A DNA stretch of 51,861 nt. Source: a virus (Duplodnaviria > Caudoviricetes). Each line of letters begins with the position of its first letter. The stretch's first letter is position 1. Shown one piece after another: positions 47,651 to 51,861 of this stretch. The notes beneath the pieces are model-generated. The model did no database searches. It had not been told where the DNA came from and was given only the letters and a program-made list of their open reading frames with translations. The stretch is taken from IMG/VR virus record IMGVR_UViG_3300038560_000034, positions 1 to 51,861 of that record. One strand, 5' to 3'. The translations under genes and the position numbers were made by a program.

Positions 47651-48140
47651 CGATAAACTACGCGCAAAGGGCTTCGAGCGCGATCCGTTCGCTGACCGAT
47701 GGGTAGACGCTAACGGCATCGACGTGACAGGCTTTGAGTGCATTAAGTACGATTGGCCGTATCTGGACCACCTGATTGATATTAGACGGGAAAATTTACA
47801 TCGTGGAGTTAGTGGTCCAATAGTGATAGGCGAGAATTGCTTACACGCAGGTGAGCATGTTGCCATACATTGGGTTCAAACAAACTTAGAAAAAGCGGCG
47901 CTAGCGATTCTTGAAGACTGTAAGCGCCAGGATGTGTACTGCTCGCGATGTGACGAGCACATAGAGGTCGAGAACAATGTTTCGTTTTTGGCTGCATATT
48001 TCAAAGTTCTCCTCGGGCGTGCCACTTCGGCGGAGCGAGCTATTCGCGAATTACACCAGTGGGCCGAACGACAGAACCCGCCGTTGGACAAGCAATTCGA
48101 TGATATAATCGGGGCGGCATACGAAGATGCGCCGGTGTAA
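47640..48140 (+). CDS. Hypothetical protein
   Basis: 166 aa ORF in the operon. Confidence 0.6.
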   Translation: MNHSDKLRAKGFERDPFADRWVDANGIDVTGFECIKYDWPYLDHLIDIRRENLHRGVSGPIVIGENCLHAGEHVAIHWVQTNLEKAALAILEDCKRQDVYCSRCDEHIEVENNVSFLAAYFKVLLGRATSAERAIRELHQWAERQNPPLDKQFDDIIGAAYEDAPV

Positions 48141-48253
48141 ATTGTGCGGAAACTACACGTTTACATTGACCCGAGAAGGTTACTGTATGTGGTGCGTCCA
48201 GGTTCGTAAGAGCACGTAATTGCTGTTGCCGTTGCTTATGAAAGGTTGCCACA

Positions 48254-48523
48254 GTGTTGACTGAAAGCGTTCGTGCGCTATGCGCGCATGGTAAATTATC
48301 GATCTATCAGTGCAGCGAACCGTGGTGCGTTGAGGCCGTCGCAAAAGGCGGTTACATCGACTACGTTTCGTTCCCCGGCAAGCCAGACGACTTCAAGGAG
48401 CGCCTTGCGGAAGCCATCGTTGCCGCCGATGTGATGAATGATTACGTCGCATCATGCGGACGCGGAATCGGCGATGATGTGGCGCGAGCAATGGCCGAAC
48501 ACATCATCAAAACAATGTCATGA
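48254..48523 (+). CDS. Hypothetical protein
   Basis: AAAGG RBS. Confidence 0.55.
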   Translation: MLTESVRALCAHGKLSIYQCSEPWCVEAVAKGGYIDYVSFPGKPDDFKERLAEAIVAADVMNDYVASCGRGIGDDVARAMAEHIIKTMS

Positions 48524-48560
48524 AAGGCGCATTGCTGGCTTACTTCTTAGAAAGGAAGTG

Positions 48561-48878
48561 ATGAGAAACAGTGCTCGCATGACCGAACTAATCCAGTGTT
48601 TAGTCATTAGAGAATCGGGAAGAAAGGACGCTTGGTGGTGTCTTTCATTCGATGACAGAGACGGATTCGCTAGGGCCTGCATTGTGCGCGCGAGTGGGAT
48701 TTTTGACGCCCTAATTCAAGCCGCGAGGCGAGGGTGTAATCCTGGCGGTCTCATTAAGGCCACAAGCGACGAGATCGAGCCATCAAGCGTTCACCCGCAC
48801 CCATCTTGGACGTATTGCCTTTTGTCTCGTGAAGAAAGTTTGAGGGTTGCCCCTGAGAGCGTTCGCGAACCAAGATGA
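48561..48878 (+). CDS. Hypothetical protein
   Basis: AAAGGA RBS; WWCLSF...GCNPGG motif. Confidence 0.6.
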   Translation: MRNSARMTELIQCLVIRESGRKDAWWCLSFDDRDGFARACIVRASGIFDALIQAARRGCNPGGLIKATSDEIEPSSVHPHPSWTYCLLSREESLRVAPESVREPR

Positions 48879-48924
48879 GCGACCGCATCCGCCGCCCTTT
48901 CGAGCCAGCGCTAGGGCAGATGCC

Positions 48925-49146
48925 GTGAAACGCCGTAAGCCGCGACCACACTATCGTCCACTCTGGCGCGAGGTCCCCGTCACGGCCGGACTCTTCCAGA
49001 TCGAGATCACAAACGTCAGTGCTCGATGCGTCCAGCCTGGTTGCGAGCATACAATTGGCCTGCCTGGGCCGCGCTGCGCCCTTATTTTTGCGCTAATGAA
49101 TCGGCACATGCTCAGGGCGCACGGAATCACGGTTCCCAAGCGATGA
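48925..49146 (+). CDS. Small Cys/His protein
   Basis: C..PGC...H...H; coupled to the next gene. Confidence 0.45.
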   Translation: MKRRKPRPHYRPLWREVPVTAGLFQIEITNVSARCVQPGCEHTIGLPGPRCALIFALMNRHMLRAHGITVPKR

Positions 49147-49379
49147 GGCGCGGCGGGTTCCTTGCGGGCGTGGCCGCTATCTTCGCGGCTCCAAAGGCGT
49201 TGGCGCTGCCGAAAAGCGCCCAGACGGTTTCGCTGTACCAAGAGGCGGCGAGCGGCAACATCTACGCCGGGATAGAGCGCATCGGAGCCGTGAGGTGGCA
49301 GGGTCAGGCGATTACCAAGGTGCGACCCTTCTCGATCAGCGACCTAGAGAATCTTTGGAACGCATGTCGCAACGGGTGA
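49143..49379 (+). CDS. 78-aa protein: Tat-like signal plus fragment homologous to the major capsid protein
   Basis: MRRGGFLAGVAAIFAAPKALA, then IYAGIERIG..WQGQAIT..ACRNG versus MCP VYANIARLG..WQGQVIS..ACVVG. Confidence 0.7.
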   Translation: MRRGGFLAGVAAIFAAPKALALPKSAQTVSLYQEAASGNIYAGIERIGAVRWQGQAITKVRPFSISDLENLWNACRNG

Positions 49380-49705
49380 GGCCCTACGCTCGCGGTCGGA
49401 TCCGCGTCTCAGGCCAACGCAACAAACTCGAATCCGCCTACGAACTTGTGCTCCGCGCTCGGCAGATTGCCGGCGAGGTCGCCTGGTTCAAATACGAGGG
49501 CCTGACTTTGAAGCTCGCGCCAGACACGCGTTACACGCCTGACTTCGCGGTTATGTTGGCCGATGGCAGTCTCGAAATGCACGAGACCAAGGGCTTCATG
49601 CGCGAAGACGCGCTGGTCAAGATCAAACTCGCGGCCGAGTTGTTCCCGTTCCGGTTCTTTCTAGTCAAACGCGATCGCGACGGCTGGGACGTCAAGGAGT
49701 ACTGA
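49364..49705 (+). CDS. DUF1064-like PD-(D/E)XK nuclease (putative resolvase)
   Basis: NKLESAY, YTPDF...EMHETKG. Confidence 0.8.
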   Translation: MSQRVRPYARGRIRVSGQRNKLESAYELVLRARQIAGEVAWFKYEGLTLKLAPDTRYTPDFAVMLADGSLEMHETKGFMREDALVKIKLAAELFPFRFFLVKRDRDGWDVKEY

Positions 49706-49712
49706 GCCAAAG

Positions 49713-49738
49713 AGAAAGAGCGCCTTAGCGCCCTTTCT
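49713..49738. terminator. Possible bidirectional terminator at operon convergence
   Basis: AGAAAGAGCGC-CTTA-GCGCCCTTTCT (one mismatch). Confidence 0.45.
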
Positions 49739-49895
49739 TCGATCGTGCTCGCTGGACTCGTGCCGCGGCGTCATCGCAGCAGCTTTGGCACGTAGAACGT
49801 CCGTGGCGCCGCTTTTGGAGGCAACAGACGGTACAGAGACCCCGACGCCGGGCTCGGAGCCTCTGAGCCGCTTTGCGGTCCCTTGCCGACGTCAT
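49725..49895 (-). CDS. 56-aa basic C4 zinc-finger protein (not in ORF track)
   Basis: RARRRGLCTVCCLQKRRHGRSTCQSC; ATGA coupled. Confidence 0.65.
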   Translation of the reverse strand: MTSARDRKAAQRLRARRRGLCTVCCLQKRRHGRSTCQSCCDDAAARVQRARSKKGR

Positions 49896-50119
49896 AGGCC
49901 GCAAGCTCCGATAGCCTTTTGCAGGTCAGGAAATGGGTCGCCATGCCCAAGAGCATCGAGTATGTGGCCGCGGATAGTTCGGAGGCGAACTTCGTGCATA
50001 GCCTGGTCGGTTTCGAGCGAGGTGATAATGCGCCGGAAAATCTCGCGCATCGCGCCTTCATCGGGAGCGCTCCATCGCTCCAGGGCGCTCACTTGGCGCA
50101 CCATTTCTAACGTGGTCAT
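49892..50119 (-). CDS. Hypothetical protein
   Basis: ATGA coupled. Confidence 0.6.
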   Translation of the reverse strand: MTTLEMVRQVSALERWSAPDEGAMREIFRRIITSLETDQAMHEVRLRTIRGHILDALGHGDPFPDLQKAIGACGL

Positions 50120-50220
50120 TCCTGCCGCCATATCCAGACGATGAGGAGAACGTAGGCAACGATTAAGGCGAGCAGCCCGGCGAAGTCTTGCCAGGGGATA
50201 AGCCAGAAGAAGCCTTCCAT
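50116..50220 (-). CDS. 34-aa single-TM peptide
   Basis: MEGFFWLIPWQDFAGLLALIVAYVLLIVWIWRQE; coupled on both sides. Confidence 0.55.
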   Translation of the reverse strand: MEGFFWLIPWQDFAGLLALIVAYVLLIVWIWRQE

Positions 50221-50393
50221 CACTCCGCTGCCTCAAGATTGCAAGCGTTGACGTTGTGTATCGTAGACGAACCTAGCTCGGCCACGGCATAGACAGAATC
50301 GCCAGGGTTGCGCGGCGACTCCCAAACGAGCGCCGTGATCACGCCCACGAACGGGCGGAGAAGGTTGACTTGAACCTTGTCGCCGACGTTCAT
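50220..50393 (-). CDS. Small SH3-like protein
   Basis: MNVGDKVQV...GVIT..V...YAV. Confidence 0.55.
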   Translation of the reverse strand: MNVGDKVQVNLLRPFVGVITALVWESPRNPGDSVYAVAELGSSTIHNVNACNLEAAE

Positions 50394-50395
50394 GG

Positions 50396-50602
50396 CTAGT
50401 ACCCCAGCCACGCGAGGATGGTCCACGCGTCGTAACGGTACGAGGCTGGAACGCTTGCGTGGTCGCCGCGGTGGATGTCAAGCTGAAACTCGCCGAGTGT
50501 GAAGCCGTGCTCGCGTAGAATGCGAGCGGCGGCCTTCTGGTCAACCTTGATCGGTTCGCCGGATTCATGGGCCTCTAGGGCCGCCTCTGCGTCGAATCTC
50601 AT
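50396..50602 (-). CDS. Hypothetical protein
   Basis: ATGA coupled; ends in ILAWLGY. Confidence 0.6.
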   Translation of the reverse strand: MRFDAEAALEAHESGEPIKVDQKAAARILREHGFTLGEFQLDIHRGDHASVPASYRYDAWTILAWLGY

Positions 50603-50841
50603 GCTGTAACACCGTCGATTGCGTCTTGGAACGCGAATAGTTCATCTGAGCCGTACAGCTCGGCGTCAGAGTATGCGAAGCGCGCCGCGAATAACGCATC
50701 TTCACGCGTCGGTTGCGGCTTGAGGCAGCCTTCAAACCACGTCGCGGAGCCATCGGGGCGCACGGCGTAGCACGCGCTGTACCATTGACGCGATCCCAAG
50801 GGGTCTTCGTCTTGATAGATACGAACCTGGATGCGAGCCAT
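50599..50841 (-). CDS. Hypothetical protein
   Basis: AAAGGA RBS; first gene after a strong promoter. Confidence 0.65.
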   Translation of the reverse strand: MARIQVRIYQDEDPLGSRQWYSACYAVRPDGSATWFEGCLKPQPTREDALFAARFAYSDAELYGSDELFAFQDAIDGVTA

Positions 50842-50880
50842 TTCGGAGGTCCTTTCTTCGGAGTGGCTTTGTTACCTGTG

Positions 50881-50909
50881 ACAGTATCATGTGACAGAAG
50901 CAAAGTCAA
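50881..50909 (-). promoter_or_regulatory. Sigma70 promoter, leftward, overlapped by a TGTGACAG direct repeat
   Basis: TTGACT-N17-TACTGT; TGTGACAG at 50877 and 50890. Confidence 0.7.
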
Positions 50910-50925
50910 GCGCTTGGGGACCCTC

Positions 50926-50954
50926 TTGACGAAATACTTGGGCGAGAGTATCTT
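50926..50954 (+). promoter_or_regulatory. Sigma70 promoter, rightward
   Basis: TTGACG-N17-TATCTT. Confidence 0.7.
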
Positions 50955-51064
50955 TGTCGGTACCGTGCCGGGCGCAGGAATGTAAGAAGCCCGGCGCATC
51001 TCCACACACCGAGCTTCTCGAAAGGCGTTTACAGGCCGCCCGATGTCACCTTACCCTATTTTTA

Positions 51065-51095
51065 GCCCGCAGGTCAACACAGACCGCGGGTTTTC
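51065..51095 (+). terminator. Probable intrinsic terminator/attenuator
   Basis: GCCCGCAGGTC-loop-GACCGCGGGT (one bulge) followed by TTTCTATTT. Confidence 0.55.
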
Positions 51096-51257
51096 TATTT
51101 CGCTAGCGTCCCCGGCTGGAGAGGCCGGGGCGCAGCGGAGCGCACGATCGCAGTCTCGGATAAGAGGCGCTCGTGCCTGAGAGGAGCGGGGTCCAGCATT
51201 TAGACCCAAGGCGAACGCCTTGCGGGCTGGCGTTGCTCCATAGGTGTATTTTACCAC

Positions 51258-51515
51258 ATGCCTAAACGAGGCCGGCTTCCGCGCAAGGTTCGGGTCGCCC
51301 GTGCCTTTCACGATCGCCTTGTGCGCGAAGGATCATGGGCGACGGAGCCGGATCCCGAGCGCGCCAATCTGTGCGACCTCGGCCACCGGATGCGCCTGGA
51401 GAAGATCGTCTTTACGCGAACGTGCACAACCTGGGCGCTCGTCTGTGGATTGTGCAATATCGCCCGCATCCCGATTCAACTGCGCCCAAGCCCCCCGGAT
51501 TACTCGACCACTTGA
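51258..51515 (+). CDS. Hypothetical zinc-ribbon protein
   Basis: CDLGH...CGLC. Confidence 0.5.
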   Translation: MPKRGRLPRKVRVARAFHDRLVREGSWATEPDPERANLCDLGHRMRLEKIVFTRTCTTWALVCGLCNIARIPIQLRPSPPDYSTT

Positions 51516-51734
51516 CGACCTAAGCCAGCGTCACGAATCGGTCGAGCCGTTCCGGAGCAACCTTCGCTCTTTGAAATCGTCAGAGCCCGAGGTGTGCGAC
51601 CTCGGCGGTGTCTCGCGACGCCGGGAAGCGATTAGGTTTCGCAGCGATGAGTGTCTTTTCTGGGGGCTTGTTCTTTCTCTTCGCACGGTCGTCATCTGCG
51701 CCCGGAGCGCGGCCCCTGATAGGCCAAGCGCGAC

Positions 51735-51861
51735 GGGCGCGCTCCCGCAAGCCACGATCCGTAACTTCGGCTAACCCAAGTGCCAGGCCACCACCCGAAA
51801 ACGGCTCAGAAGGCAAGTATTGAGCACGATTTCCGCAAGGCAAGCGAGCGAATCAGTCGAT
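51735..51861. repeat. Terminal direct repeat, right copy
   Basis: Identical to 1-127. Confidence 0.95.

Noticed and set aside
51580-51843. ORF in frame with 119..469 beyond its TGA (possible readthrough or recoding)
   Set aside because: The extension is not convincingly protein-like, in-frame continuation has a 1-in-3 chance, and TGA is used as a normal stop throughout.
1-51861. tRNA/tmRNA genes and a tRNA-derived attP
   Set aside because: No cloverleaf or T-loop consensus noticed by eye; tRNAscan-SE is needed to exclude them.

Overview
This is an apparently complete, circularly assembled tailed-phage genome of about 51.7 kb. Bases 1-127 are repeated exactly at 51735-51861, probably as assembly overlap. 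The morphogenesis genes look podovirus-like: P22-type portal, scaffold, major capsid protein (MCP), tail adaptor, nozzle, tail fibre with an S74 chaperone domain, a GNAT-fold protein and probable DNA-ejection proteins. There is also a lytic-transglycosylase/holin lysis block. The early region is organised around two pairs of back-to-back sigma70 promoters and encodes an SSAP, a Cas4-like exonuclease, a XerC/D-like recombinase, RtcB and many small ORFs. Unusual features: (i) a ~6.4 kb translationally coupled glycan-modification cassette (1 GT9-like and 4 GT34-like glycosyltransferases, an FkbM methyltransferase and a Cys-phosphatase) between TerS and TerL; (ii) TerL alone is inverted within the late region; (iii) a 78-aa early protein made of a Tat-like signal fused to a diverged fragment of the MCP, a candidate capsid mimic; (iv) a 41-bp MITE-like element with a 9-bp target duplication 16 bp upstream of the capsid-gene -35 box; (v) no recognisable replication enzymes or cI-type repressor, but two similar small C4 zinc-finger proteins. 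All calls are by eye from motifs and synteny; no searches were run.
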